Source: Thraustochytrium aureum
Lineage: Eukaryota
Assembly: GCA_012862495.1 (NCBI GenBank)
Contig: BLSG01000329.1
Location: forward strand, 133,802-166,788
Direction of reading: 5' to 3'
Length of the DNA: 32,987 bases
Below are positions 1 through 11,152 of the stretch, one piece after another (position 1 is the stretch's first letter; every line of letters starts with the position of its first letter). The position numbers and the translations under genes are program-made. Below the pieces are notes generated by a model. That model was not told the origin of the DNA. It ran no database searches and saw only the letters and a program-made list of their open reading frames with translations.

Positions 1-24
1 AGTGCGCGTACCGCCAAGAGATGC

Positions 25-295
25 GAGCGAGTCCCAAGCAGGAAAGTGTGACTAGACAGACTCTCACGGTCGGCGTCTGCCGCAGCCGCCGGGGCATGAA
101 CAGCCCGCCGCCAGCCGCCCGCCAGCCAGCCCGCCAGCCCGCCAGCCACGCAGGGCATGCCAGAGGGAGGCCGATGGACCAACGCGCGCGCTGGCGCCGA
201 CAATGCGTTCGCCCCAGGCCGCTTTGCAATGCAACCTGCCTGCCCTGCCTCGTGCGAGCAAGTGAGGAGCGGAGCGAGTCCCAAGCAGGAAAGTG
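25..295. repeat. Exact 24-bp direct repeat GAGCGAGTCCCAAGCAGGAAAGTG (copies at 25-48 and 272-295)
   Basis: Two identical copies read directly from the sequence, 247 bp apart. Confidence 0.9.
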
Positions 296-435
296 GTGAA
301 AGCGAAGCGGCACATCATGATGCGCGAGCGAGTGCAGGGAAGCAGCGCCGAACGAATACCTTTCTCGCGCCGCCAGGAGTCAACACGTGCAGGAGAAAAC
401 GTGCGGAGATGCAGGGGCGCTCCGATTGAAGGAAA

Positions 436-560
436 GGAGGTGCTTCGATCGATGGAGCGCTTCGATCGATGGAGGTGCTTCGATCGGTGGAGCGCTTCCG
501 AATTCCGAGTCGATCGATGGAGGTGCTTCGATCGGTGGAGCGCTTCGATCGATGGAGGTG
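436..560. repeat. Minisatellite of alternating 18-bp/17-bp units (GGAGGTGCTTCGATCG(A/G)T / GGAGCGCTTCGATCGAT)
   Basis: Units start at 436, 454, 471, 489 (with an internal insertion), 519, 537 and 554 (partial); they form a 35-bp higher-order repeat. Confidence 0.9.
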
Positions 561-1144
561 GAAAAGCATCCCTCCCAAGACGCCTCCAAGTCCTCCTCCA
601 TGGCAAAGAAATGGAGCGACAGAATCCGACACGTTCCGTCATTCTTGAGAACAGAATCCTCCAAGGCCAGGCAACGAGCAGACCGGAGCGTTCGAGGCAA
701 GAAAGAGATCAAGGGCCAAGGCGCGACGAGTAGGTCGGCTCTGCCAGCCTCGCTTGTCCACTCGGGGCCAGGCTTGCCAGCGTGCACTTGGTGCCACCAC
801 CGCCAGAGTGGAGGAGAAACAAGCACACGGACAAAGGCCAACCCAATCGTCCGTGCGTCAGTCCCAATCGCGCAGCTCGACGCTAGCTGGCTAGCTGCAG
901 TAAGTAGCTGCAGCTGTGCAGCGCTCTCTGTCTGCCTTCCACCAGCTCCGCAGCAGCACATGCACGTGTCTGTCTGTCTGCCTGTCTGTCTGTCTTTCAT
1001 CCTCCTGTTCTCGCTTTCTGGCTGCTGAGAGGCGCACGAAAGATAGCAGCGAGGGGACTCTGCGGGCCCTGAGCCGCCCATTCCGTGGGTCGAATTTCTC
1101 CCTCCCCCGAAGCCGTGAAAAATCTTCTGCCTTTCGCGCTCTCC

Positions 1145-1383
1145 TGCATGGATGCATGGATGAATGGATGAATAATGAATGAGTGAGTGCGTGAGCGACG
1201 GAGTGAAGCATTGAATGAAGCATTGAATGAAAAGAAGAAATGCATTTGTAAGGCATGCATTGTAAGGCATACTTACAGAGCACATTGCAAGTAATGCATT
1301 GTAAGATTTGCAGGATTGTCCTTCGTTTGTGGGCAGGTTTCTCAGTCGGTTTTTTGAGCAAGTTCTTTTTTTTTTTTTTTTTT
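1145..1383. repeat. AT-richer low-complexity tract (GGAT/GAAT and GCATTGTAAG reiterations) ending in a poly-T run at a gap
   Basis: Repeated atgg/atga, gaagcattgaat and gcatt(t)gtaag motifs; T-run at about 1367-1383 abuts the N-gap 1384-1584. Confidence 0.6.
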
Positions 1384-1927
1384 NNNNNNNNNNNNNNNNN
1401 NNNNNNNNNNNNNNNNNNNNNNNNNNNNNNNNNNNNNNNNNNNNNNNNNNNNNNNNNNNNNNNNNNNNNNNNNNNNNNNNNNNNNNNNNNNNNNNNNNNN
1501 NNNNNNNNNNNNNNNNNNNNNNNNNNNNNNNNNNNNNNNNNNNNNNNNNNNNNNNNNNNNNNNNNNNNNNNNNNNNNNNNNNNNTTGTTTGGTTGTTGCT
1601 GGGCTGTCTTTCGCGCATGTGGGTCGCGCGGGTCAGACAAGAAAGCAGAGTTGGAAGCAAGCGAGACCTGGGCCAAGCAGGCCAGGGCCGAAGGCGTGCA
1701 GGGCGTGCGGCAGCAGCGCGAGGCTCGGTTGGCCGCGGAAGTGCGCGACTGCGATAGGCTTTGACTGGTTCGATTGCATCTGCACCGGTGCCCGCCCAGG
1801 CTCGACGGTCGGGACCGACAAGGCCAGGCAGGCGGACTGGGGATTGCGCCGGCGCGAAGCCGGCGCGAAAGGAGCCCAGCGGTAGAAGTTGCCGAGGAGG
1901 ACGGCGGCGGGGCAGGAAGACGCGGCG

Positions 1928-4057
1928 ATGGCGGGGAGGAGGACGATCACGCCCTCGCGTAAGGCGCTTGACGCTTCGGAGGAGAACAGGAGCATGGCGG
2001 GAAACCTCGCCGCAGCGCCGCGGACCACGTTCAACTACAACGGGACGTTCTCCAAGCTGGCCGATACTGGGGACATCCGGTGGACCGAGGAGGAGGACCG
2101 CGCGCTGCGCAAGGCGCTCGAGAGCTGCGGGCCGAACAAGAACTGGAAGAAGATTGCCTCCATGGTTCCCGGCAAGACCGAAGCGCAGTGCTCGCACCGG
2201 TGGACCAAGATTCTAAATCCTAGCTTGGTCAAGGGCCCGTGGAGCAAGGAAGAGGATGCCAAGGTGGTGGAGCTGGTCAGGCAACACGGAGCGAAGAAGT
2301 GGAGCCTTATCGCGAGCCACCTGCCTGGTAAGTTGTTGCCCCGCAGGGCGCCCTCGTGCGCCCGCCCCTCGCGCCAGTCCACGGCAGAGCAAGCGCTAAC
2401 TCTTGCCGCCCGCTTTTGTGTTGCGTTGCGCAGGCCGAATTGGCAAGCAGTGCAGAGAGCGCTGGCACAACCACCTCAACCCGTGCATCAAGAAGACGCC
2501 GTGGACCGAGGACGAAGACCGCGTCATCTACGAAGCGCACGACAAGATCGGCAACAAGTGGGCGGAGATCGCCAAGCTGCTGCCCGGGCGCACCGACAAC
2601 GCGATCAAAAACCACTGGAACTCGTCCATGCGCCGCAAGGTCGAGGGCGCCCCGCCTGGCCGCAAGGGCGGAAAAGGCAGCCGCCATCGCGCCAACATCA
2701 AGGTCGCCACAAACGTGAAGCGCCGCTCTGTGCCACCCAACAGCGGCAAGTATAGCTCGCGCTCGCTCAAGGCCGCCGTGCGATCCGGCAAGAGCCCGAT
2801 GCACATGGGCGAGGAGCCGCCCCCTATGAACCCAAACGTGTCTGGTGCGGGCGAACCGGAGAGCCAGGCCCGGCCCTCGCCCAACGGGAAAAGCAGGCCT
2901 CGCCAACTCAAAATCCGCACCACAGGGCTCGGGGCGAGCCCTGGAGCGGCCATGCAAGGGTTTCCAGCCTCTGCTAGCAGCTCGGCTAGCATCCTCGAAG
3001 CCTTTTCGCCCACATTCACCAGCGAAATGGGGGCCTTCAACTTTGCTTCTTTCCCGTCGGGCATGCCGATGCCCATTTCCACCCCGACGCAAATGATGCA
3101 CGGCAACCCCGGGTCGGGGGGGCGCTTTCACAGCCTGAACGCCTTCGCATCCAATACACACGGCCCCGCCCCAGCCTTTTCACCGCGGGCCCTCGGCATG
3201 ATTTGGAGCGACCGCAGCCCGCACGGCCACTCGGGCGAGGGCAACAACGCCGAGCACGACCTGGAAAACCTACTCATCCCTGCGCTGGAGGAGTGCATGC
3301 CCATATCTTCCACAACGCCGATGAATCTGGACTGGCAGATTGCGGACCCTTGGTCGCCGCGCGTCCCTTCCAGTGCGACCTCCTCGCTCTCCACGGCAGA
3401 GACGGGCTCGAGCATTGCGCCCCAATCGCCTCGCGGACTTGCCGCCCCTATCGCGGCTGGGGCCGCTGCTGCCCTTCAAGGTTCTGGAGCCGCCGGCACG
3501 TTGAAGGCCTCGCCGCCGATCCGAAAGCGCAAGCGCCCAGACGCGATCAGCTTGAATGGCATGCGCGGGCTCACGCCGCAGCCGACCAAGCAGCAAGAGA
3601 CACATGCCGACCCGCTCAACATTCCGCTCACTCCCCTCGGGTTGCGCAGCGGGTCTGGGTTTTCTCCCCTGCCGTCCCCGGTGATGCAATCGGTTTTNNN
3701 NNNNNNNNNNNNNNNNNNNNNNNNNNNNNNNNNNNNNNNNNNNNNNNNNNNNNNNNNNNNNNNNNNNNNNNNNNNNNNNNNNNNNNNNNNNNNNNNNNNN
3801 NNNNNNNNNNNNNNNNNNNNNNNNNNNNNNNNNNNNNNNNNNNNNNNNNNNNNNNNNNNNNNNNNNNNNNNNNNNNNNNGATGCAATCGGTTTTGATGCT
3901 TACGCCCAGGGACGGGCTCTCGGACTCCGCTGGGTTCGAGTCGATGGGCCGGCACACGCCCAAGGAGCAGCAGCGCGCTCTCCCTCCTGGGTCAGGGGTG
4001 CCGTCCTCGCAGGGTGGCGCGGCCAAGGGAGGCACGCGGCCGCTTGCCATGCACTAG
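1928..4057 (+). CDS. MYB3R: R1R2R3 (three-repeat) MYB transcription factor; exons 1928-2327 and 2434-4057 (spans gap 3698-3879)
   Basis: Three Myb repeats: [129 protein letters not shown]. The splice restores the [13 protein letters not shown] consensus. The S/P-rich C-terminus contains SPPIRKRKR. Start could be 1928 or 1994. Stop TAG at 4055-4057 after merging the duplicated gap flanks. Confidence 0.93.
2328..2433 (+). other. Spliceosomal intron (106 nt) in the MYB gene
   Basis: GTAAGT donor at 2328, CTAAC branch point at 2396-2400, GCAG acceptor ending at 2433; removal gives an in-frame R2 repeat. Confidence 0.93.
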
Positions 4058-5558
4058 GGTTGATGCCAAGTTGCATGGCCGGTGTCCGTCCATGGATGCT
4101 CTTAGCGCCGCGTCTCTCTAGAGGGAGCGTCGCGCCTTGCCAGCGTAGCTTTTCGCGCGCGCATACACAGAGGTGGGTGAACGTCACGAGGCCAGCGGGG
4201 CCCTTGGCCTCAACAACAGCCAGGCCGCGTTCACCACCCACGGTTTTGAACTCGTGCCGGCCGATGCATGCGCGCAAGTACATCGTTGCAGGGCGCGCGG
4301 CCGCAGCGTGCTTTCGCGCATGTTCTTCGATCCGCAGCCGGGCGGCACGGCTCTCCTATCATCTCAAAAACAACTGTTCTGGCTTTCTCTAGTTGTTTTC
4401 AATCAAAACAGGAACTCGTATGCGCGCTGCGTTCCCGCCTGGATTCTGCCCAACGTGAATGGTTTGGTGTGGTTGCAGCTCCATCGCTACTCTCTAGCTA
4501 GAGAGCGCACAACCACGCGCACGACTACAACGACAGCGCAGGTCTCACAAGTGATGCCGCGAGTGGCGACGCCAAAGCGGCGGCCTCTTCGAGCGAAACC
4601 CACGCATCCGCCCATGCATCCATCCATCAAGTCCCTGAATGAATTGCTCTTGCAGCTCTTTGAGTTCACGTGCTAGCGTGGCTTGCTTCAAAAAGCGTCG
4701 AGCGTGGTGAGGAGCTCTAGAGCTGTCTCGCCGAGGCGCTCCTTTGGGCTGTGGACACCTCAACGACAACATTCCGGGTCCTCTAAATCAAACCGCAACT
4801 CGGAGGCATGTCGCGTCCACAACAGACCCGGAGCAACTTTACCGTTTCGTGCCAGCAAATCCGCTCGTCAGCCACGACAACAGCCGCTCGCTCACAGGGC
4901 AGGCAGGCAGGCAGGCAGGCAGGGGCGAAAGGAATCGCGCTCTCTACTCTGTGGCGCCTGCCTGCCTGCCTGGCGCACGAATTGCGCGAGGCCAAGCGCG
5001 TGGATGGCTTCCCCCCTTCCTCCCTCCGTTGATCGGCGTGACATCAAGAGGGCGAACGAACCGGGCGCCAGCAAGCCAACGGAGACATGCGCTCCGCCTG
5101 ACTGGCTGACTGGCTGACTGCCAGGCCGGCTGCCCGGCGTGGCATGGCCTTGCATGGCCTGTCAGGCAGGCAGTCAGTCAGGTGGTCTGATGGGCCAAAG
5201 CGGCGCTGGTTTTGGCGATTGCCCTAACAAAAAACTCGGCTTTCAGCGGCTCTCTCCACGAGCAAGCGACATCGGCGCGGCGCCTCGAGACGACAGGCAG
5301 GCCCCAGCCGAGCACGGCGTCGAGCAAGCCAGCAAGCGCCAGCGAGCGAGCGAGCGAGCGAGCGGGCGAGTGAGAGCGAGTGGGAGCGAGTGGGCGTGCG
5401 GGCGAGCGGGCGGCGTCTTTACGGCGGAGCGAGATTTGCGAAAGCTGAGCGACTGCTGCTCGCTGGGCAAACCGCCAAAGCGAAACAGAGGACCTCGCGC
5501 GCTGGCTGGAAAGCGGTCGAGGAAGCAGGCGACGAGGAAGCAGGGAAAGGCAGCCAAG

Positions 5559-6929
5559 ATGGACCCGGACGGCGATNNNNNNNNNNNNNNNNNNNNNNNN
5601 NNNNNNNNNNNNNNNNNNNNNNNNNNNNNNNNNNNNNNNNNNNNNNNNNNNNNNNNNNNNNNNNNNNNNNNNNNNNNNNNNNNNNNNNNNNNNNNNNNNN
5701 NNNNNNNNNNNNNNNNNNNNNNNNNNNNNNNNNNNNNNNNNNNNNNNNNNNNNNNNNNNNNNNNNNNNNNNNNNNNNNNNNNNNNNNNNNNNNNNNNNNN
5801 NNNNNNNNNNNNNNNNNNNNNNNNNNNNNNNNNNNNNNNNNNNNNNNNNNNNNNNNNNNNNAAAATCGTGGAGGAGCTCCTCAAGAACAGGCCCTCGAAC
5901 CCGCTGCAGACGATCGCCGACTACCTGTCCTCTGAGTTTAACGTGCGGGCTGCGACTGACAGAGACGCGCGCCCCACCGAGGTGATCGAAGCCTACAACG
6001 ACTCGGGCTCCGAGAGCAGCGAAGACGAGGAGGAGGGAGACGTCGCTGAGATGGTCGAGATGCCCGCGCGCAAAACCAACGCGGGCCGCCGCACTTCCGT
6101 CTCGGCAGGCGTCATCTCCCTCTCCGACGCCAAGAAGAGCCCCGTCTTTGAAAAGTCCGATGACGAAAAGGCCAAGATCCTCGCCGCCCTGCACGAGATC
6201 GCGCTCTTCAAGCAGTGCGACAAGGCCGCCCTCGACACGATCGTGCTCGCTTTCGAAAAATGCTCGTTCGAGGAGGGCCAGGTGATTATCAAAGAGGGTG
6301 ACACAGTGGCCGAGCACTTTTTCCTGCTCTGCGCGGGCACTGCCGAGGCGCTCAAGGGCGAGACCCCTGTCAAGCAGTACAGCGAGGGGGAAAGCTTTGG
6401 CGAGCTTGCGCTCCTGTACAACCAGCCGCGGGCCGCGACGGTCAAGGCCACTTCGGCCGTCCAGGCCTGGCGCCTCGACCAGACCACGTTCAAGACTATC
6501 GTTGTGCTTGGCGTGATTGACAAGCGCCAAAAGTACATCGACTTCCTCAAGCGCTGCTCGCTGATGCAGACGCTGTCTGAGCTCGAGCTCATGACGCTCG
6601 CGGATTCGCTCGAGCGTCGCGAGTATTCGAGCGGCGACACGATCATCACGCAGGGGGATGTCGGCCAGGACTTTTTCGTCGTTGAGAGCGGCCAGGTGCA
6701 GTGTATCAAGGACGGCGAGCCCGTGCTCCTCCTCACCAGCGGCAACTACTTTGGTGAGATCGCTCTGTTGTACAACCAGCCGCGCCAAGCCAGCGTGGTT
6801 GTCGAGTCTAATCAGGCCGCTGTGCTTGCCATCGACCGCAAGACGTTCCAGCGGCTCATGGGCCCGCTGGGCGAGATCCTCAAGCGCAACCCGCTGCACC
6901 AGGAGTTCCTCGCAGTCGCCAACAGCTAA
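5559..6929 (+). CDS. pkaR: cAMP-dependent protein kinase regulatory subunit (RII-type inhibitor site); spans gap 5577-5861
   Basis: Dimerisation/docking-like helix pair KIVEELLKNRPSNPLQTIADYL, acidic linker, RRTSVSA inhibitor site, and two cNMP-binding domains with phosphate-binding cassettes FGELALLYNQPRAATV and FGEIALLYNQPRQASV. Stop TAA at 6927-6929. Start ATG 5559 is tentative because the gap follows it. Confidence 0.93.
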   Translation: MDPDGDXXXXXXXXXXXXXXXXXXXXXXXXXXXXXXXXXXXXXXXXXXXXXXXXXXXXXXXXXXXXXXXXXXXXXXXXXXXXXXXXXXXXXXXXXXXXXXXKIVEELLKNRPSNPLQTIADYLSSEFNVRAATDRDARPTEVIEAYNDSGSESSEDEEEGDVAEMVEMPARKTNAGRRTSVSAGVISLSDAKKSPVFEKSDDEKAKILAALHEIALFKQCDKAALDTIVLAFEKCSFEEGQVIIKEGDTVAEHFFLLCAGTAEALKGETPVKQYSEGESFGELALLYNQPRAATVKATSAVQAWRLDQTTFKTIVVLGVIDKRQKYIDFLKRCSLMQTLSELELMTLADSLERREYSSGDTIITQGDVGQDFFVVESGQVQCIKDGEPVLLLTSGNYFGEIALLYNQPRQASVVVESNQAAVLAIDRKTFQRLMGPLGEILKRNPLHQEFLAVANS

Positions 6930-8094
6930 GTACAGCATAATCCATGGATAAGCAAACAAGAACCGCCCAGTCATCCATCCGATCGGCGTCAGCAGCTCGC
7001 CAGACCACCGCGACTGCGTCCGAACGGCTTTCCGCAAGTGCGCTTGCCCGCTTCTTATGCTCGTGCCTGAGGAGGCCTGCTATTGCACAGGTGTGTGTTG
7101 TGTGCTTTGATGGGCAGAGCGGCAGAGGAGGGGGCAGCCTCAGCCTGGTGAGCTCGACGGGCGCCGACCCGGCGCGTGCTCATCAGACAAGGCTTCATTC
7201 TCGATGCTCTTGACCTCGGGTGGACAACATCGCCATTCACGCCAAGTCTCGCACCCGGCCGGCCCCGTTCAGTGCTGCTTGCCGCGCACACCGGCCGGCA
7301 GGCCACCCACTGGTGGTCGCCAAACGATCATGATGGTAGCAAAGCGAGAAAAGGTCGAAGTCGATTTTTTTCCAACTTCTTTTTTTTCTTTTTTTTTCCA
7401 AAAATCGAGGTGGAAAAGGTGGAAAAAGGAGGAAAAAAGGAGGAAAAACGGAGGAAAAAGACCACTTTCCAGAGGAAGGAAGGGCTCGCTTTGCGTCTTC
7501 CAGGGAACGGGCTCTCTTGTTCCTTATGCACAAGGTGAGAACTTGCATGCGCCGCAGTCCAAAAGCCTCCGGTGGGCAGAGCCGCGTGCGTTGAGGGCGC
7601 CAGGCGGGCGATCGCGGCGGCTGGCGTGGGTGGACTGCCCGGCTGCTGCTCTGCTGCGCGCTGCCTGTATTGCTTTGGGCGCCGAGCGCGCGCTCGCTGG
7701 CTCGGGATCGCGCTGGATTTGTGGCGTCGTCCGAGTACATACCCGCCCCTACACCTTCCCTGCCCACTCCCGCGCGCTCCACAGTCGACTTCGCTCGGGC
7801 CAGGTCACGCGCGCACGCGAGCGCCAGCGCGTAGGCAGGCAGGCAGGCAGGAAGGAANNNNNNNNNNNNNNNNNNNNNNNNNNNNNNNNNNNNNNNNNNN
7901 NNNNNNNNNNNNNNNNNNNNNNNNNNNNNNNNNNNNNNNNNNNNNNNNNNNNNNNNNNNNNNNNNNNNNNNNNNNNNNNNNNNNNNNNNNNNNNNNNNNN
8001 NNNNNNNNNNNNNNNNNNNNNNNNNNNNNNNNNNNNNNNNNNNNNNNNNNNNNNNNNNNNNNNNNNNNNNNNNNNNNNNNNNNNNNNNNNNNNN

Positions 8095-11085
8095 GACGAT
8101 GGAGTCTGCGATGTGGACCTCAAGGCCATGGAGCTGCTGTTTGCCGTGTACGAGGAGATGGGCGCTGAGGACGAGCCCGAGCTGGAGGACTTTATCAGCC
8201 CGTACAGGCGCGTGGTGGGAACGTTTCCCGTGCTGCTGAAAGAGGCCGCGTTCGCGACAGCTGAGGGCGACGAGGCCAAGGTGTACGTGATGAACGACAT
8301 CCTCCTGATCGGCCTGGACACGAAAAAACTCGGCAAGAAAGGCACGCGGCAAAAGCGCGCAGGCACGCTGGACCGCAAGACGAAGAAGGGCACGCTCGAG
8401 ATCAAGAAGGGCACGCTGACAAAGTTCAAAGGCAACATCAAGCTTCTGCACTATCTGGACCTCCGGAACTGCAAGCTGAAGAGCGTCAGCGAAGACGCGC
8501 AGGGCTTTCACGGCGTGCAGCTGACGCACGTCTCCCGCGTGCGCGACACCTCCTCGCGCGCCAAGCCAAACGCCGCCCCCAAAGTCGTGACAAAGATTGC
8601 CAAGATTGAGCTCTGGCTGCCCACCAAGGAGCTCTGCGACGAGCTCGAATCCTGCTTTCTCGAGGCGGCGCAGGAGCTGCTGCAGCAGGACGAATTTGAC
8701 GACCTGCCCTCCAGCGGTGGAGTCGACCCTGGCCCGCTCGGGCGCGCGGGAAGCCTGGCCAACTCGGTCCGCACCCGGCTTTCGCTAACCCGGAGCAACA
8801 GCGTGGCCAGCAGCGGCGCCGGCGCCAGCGGCGAGCGCCAGCGCAAGTGGGCCACCGGCCGCGTACGGCGCTCCACTCTGGAAAAGCAGGCCTCCACGAT
8901 CAGCGCGACCGCCGGCCGGCGAGGGTCCAACCCCGCGGGCGACCCTGCAGCGGACGAAGAGGGGAGCGCGCCGTCGCGGTCGGGCTCGATTGTGTCCGCC
9001 GGGGAGAGCGCCTCGGGCGAGTCGGTCGGCGGCGGGCTCCAGCTCTCCGACCTGGAGAAGCGCTACAACATGGACCTCAAGTCGGCTGTGCCGACAACCG
9101 GCGAGGCGGCCAAGGCCGAGATCGAGGTCGAGTTTGGCGAGGGCCGCATGGGCCTTTCCCTGGGAAGCGGCTCCGGCATTGGCGTTATCGTCGGCGCGCT
9201 GGCCCCCGGCGGGTTTGCCGAGATGGCGGGCGTGCTCATCTCGGACCGGGTTTGCGCCATCAACGACGAGGAGATCGGCCTCGACGATCACTGGCAGGAC
9301 GCCCTCGACAAGTTTAAGCAGTACCCACGGCCCATCCGCGTCAAGTTTGAGCGGTTCGCGGCCCGGACCAACGACCTCCTCAAGCACAACAAGGAGATCG
9401 GCACCGCCGCCAAGGGCCCCGCAACCAAGGGCCAGGACTCGGCCGGGACGAGCAGGGCCAAGGCGCGCGAGCTGCAGAAGATCCTCCTCAAGACCGAGCG
9501 CATCGTGGGGCGCGGAGACACGATGCTGAGCGTCATCGCGTCGCTCAGCGAGTCGGCCGAGGTCAAGGCCAACGCGGATAACCGTAGCGTGGCCGCCGTC
9601 CTGGACGAGATCGCACGCACCGAGCTGGCCTACCTGCACGACCTGGGCAGCCTGGTGCGGACCTACGTCCTGCCGCTCCGCAACGAGCGCGTCAAGACCA
9701 AGTGCCGCCACATCGACGGGGCCGGCGTGCTCTGCGAGCACGGCTTGCGCAGCACCTGCTTGCGCAGCGCGAGTGAGCACCAGCCGCTCGTCTCCGCTGC
9801 GGAGCTGCAAGGGATCTTTCTCAACGTGGAAACCATTATGTTTGTCAACTCGGAGCTTCTGCGCACCCTGCAGATGAAACTCAACACGATCTCCGCGGGG
9901 GGCAAGCAACCCACCCTGGGGGCGACGGTCACCGCCTTTGCCGAGTCTTTCACCACCGTGATGCCCTTCTTCAAGTCTTACTCGTACTTTTGCCACGAGT
10001 ACGCCAACGCCGTGGACCGCCTCCTTTTGCTGCGCAAAGACAACCGCACGCTCGGCGCCTTCCTCTCGCGCATCGAGCGGGCCGCAATCGAGGAGAAGGA
10101 CCGCGCCAAGCGCGTGCAGAGCCTGTCTAGCCTTCTCATCAAGCCCGTGCAGCGCATATGCAAGTATCCCTTGCTCTTCGCGGAGCTCCTCAAGCACGCA
10201 TCGCCGGGCATGCCCGGCCGCGACGAGCTGGAGCTTGCCGCGCGCAGCGTGGAGCGGATTGCAGAGTCGGTCAACCAAAAGGTCGGCGAGAGCAAGCAGT
10301 TCGAGCGCTTCATGGAGGTGTACCGAGACCTTGGGGGCGAGGACGGCGCCCCCGGCCTCGTCACGCCCTCGCGCCGGTTCGTGCTCGAGGAGGATTGCAT
10401 GGTCACGGCGCAGCCCTTTAGCTCCTCGGCTCCCCAGCCGCGAACGATCTTCCTCTTCAACGACCTCATCGTCGTGGCCAAGGGCGAGGCGGGCACGCTG
10501 ACGCGCGCCAAATCGCTCAAGCGCTTGTCGCTTGGCCGCTCGATGTCGGTGGCCTCGGCGGGCGAGCCCAAGGGCACGATCGAGCGGTCCTGGAGCAGGC
10601 TGATTGGCGTATTCACCGGCCGCACCGAAGCGGACGAGCCGCCGGCGCAGAGCACGCAAGCGCGCAAGGCCTCGCTCAAGCGCACGCGCAACTTTAAGCT
10701 TCTTCACCGGTTCGAGCTCTCGCGCCTCGAGATGAAGGAGGAGGACACCGGTTCGTCCAACCCTGTGGCGGTGCCAACCTTCACCCTGCTTCTCACCGTC
10801 AAAGAGCGCGTGCTCGTTGAGGCTGAGCCCGGGGCCGCCTCTAAGGGCTCGCCCAAGCCTGGCGGGACGGAAAAGTGGAAGACCAACATTAACAAGTACC
10901 GCCTCACCTTTGACACGAAGGAACTCCGGGATCGGATCTCGAGCCATATCGAGGAGCAGATGCGCATCCTCAAGGAGCTCGGCGAGGGCCATCAGAAGGG
11001 CGAGTCGCTCTTTGGCGTCAAGAAGGAGAAGCGGAACTGGGCCAAGAAGTCGAACGGGACGATGAAGGCCAAGGTTGAGGGTTGA
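8095..11085 (+). CDS. Dbl-family Rho guanine nucleotide exchange factor, PH-PDZ-DH-PH architecture (5' end in or next to gap 7858-8094)
   Basis: DH motifs DEIARTELAYLHDL, IFLNVETI and LSSLLIKPVQRICKYPLLFAELLK, followed by a PH domain (RRFVLE..IFLFNDLIVVAK). PDZ-like segment at about 9118-9354 (FGEGRMGLSL..VIVGALAPGGFAEMAGVLISDRVCAIND). The N-terminal PH domain aligns by eye with the C-terminal one. Stop TGA at 11083-11085. Confidence 0.88.
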   Translation, partial: DDGVCDVDLKAMELLFAVYEEMGAEDEPELEDFISPYRRVVGTFPVLLKEAAFATAEGDEAKVYVMNDILLIGLDTKKLGKKGTRQKRAGTLDRKTKKGTLEIKKGTLTKFKGNIKLLHYLDLRNCKLKSVSEDAQGFHGVQLTHVSRVRDTSSRAKPNAAPKVVTKIAKIELWLPTKELCDELESCFLEAAQELLQQDEFDDLPSSGGVDPGPLGRAGSLANSVRTRLSLTRSNSVASSGAGASGERQRKWATGRVRRSTLEKQASTISATAGRRGSNPAGDPAADEEGSAPSRSGSIVSAGESASGESVGGGLQLSDLEKRYNMDLKSAVPTTGEAAKAEIEVEFGEGRMGLSLGSGSGIGVIVGALAPGGFAEMAGVLISDRVCAINDEEIGLDDHWQDALDKFKQYPRPIRVKFERFAARTNDLLKHNKEIGTAAKGPATKGQDSAGTSRAKARELQKILLKTERIVGRGDTMLSVIASLSESAEVKANADNRSVAAVLDEIARTELAYLHDLGSLVRTYVLPLRNERVKTKCRHIDGAGVLCEHGLRSTCLRSASEHQPLVSAAELQGIFLNVETIMFVNSELLRTLQMKLNTISAGGKQPTLGATVTAFAESFTTVMPFFKSYSYFCHEYANAVDRLLLLRKDNRTLGAFLSRIERAAIEEKDRAKRVQSLSSLLIKPVQRICKYPLLFAELLKHASPGMPGRDELELAARSVERIAESVNQKVGESKQFERFMEVYRDLGGEDGAPGLVTPSRRFVLEEDCMVTAQPFSSSAPQPRTIFLFNDLIVVAKGEAGTLTRAKSLKRLSLGRSMSVASAGEPKGTIERSWSRLIGVFTGRTEADEPPAQSTQARKASLKRTRNFKLLHRFELSRLEMKEEDTGSSNPVAVPTFTLLLTVKERVLVEAEPGAASKGSPKPGGTEKWKTNINKYRLTFDTKELRDRISSHIEEQMRILKELGEGHQKGESLFGVKKEKRNWAKKSNGTMKAKVEG

Positions 11086-11152
11086 GGATCGAGCACAGCA
11101 CAAGGCCGTATACGGCCCGAGAAGAAGCGCTCGACGACGACAAGCTCGGCTC

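Noticed and set aside
436..560. Possible CRISPR array
   Set aside because: Units abut with no unique spacers, there are no cas genes, and the context is eukaryotic.
380..1100. Minus-strand open frame containing CLALEDSVLKNDGTCRILSLHFFAMEEDL
   Set aside because: No recognisable family, runs into repeats, and no clear splice signals were found.
7204..7857. N-terminal extension of the RhoGEF ORF upstream of the gap
   Set aside because: Includes poly-T/poly-A and CAGG microsatellite sequence typical of promoter or UTR; frame continuity across an estimated N-run is not evidence.
8860..10680. PKA consensus sites (RRST, RRGS, KRLS, RKAS) in the RhoGEF next to the PKA-R gene
   Set aside because: Such short motifs are frequent in Arg/Ser-rich linkers, and gene adjacency gives no independent support.
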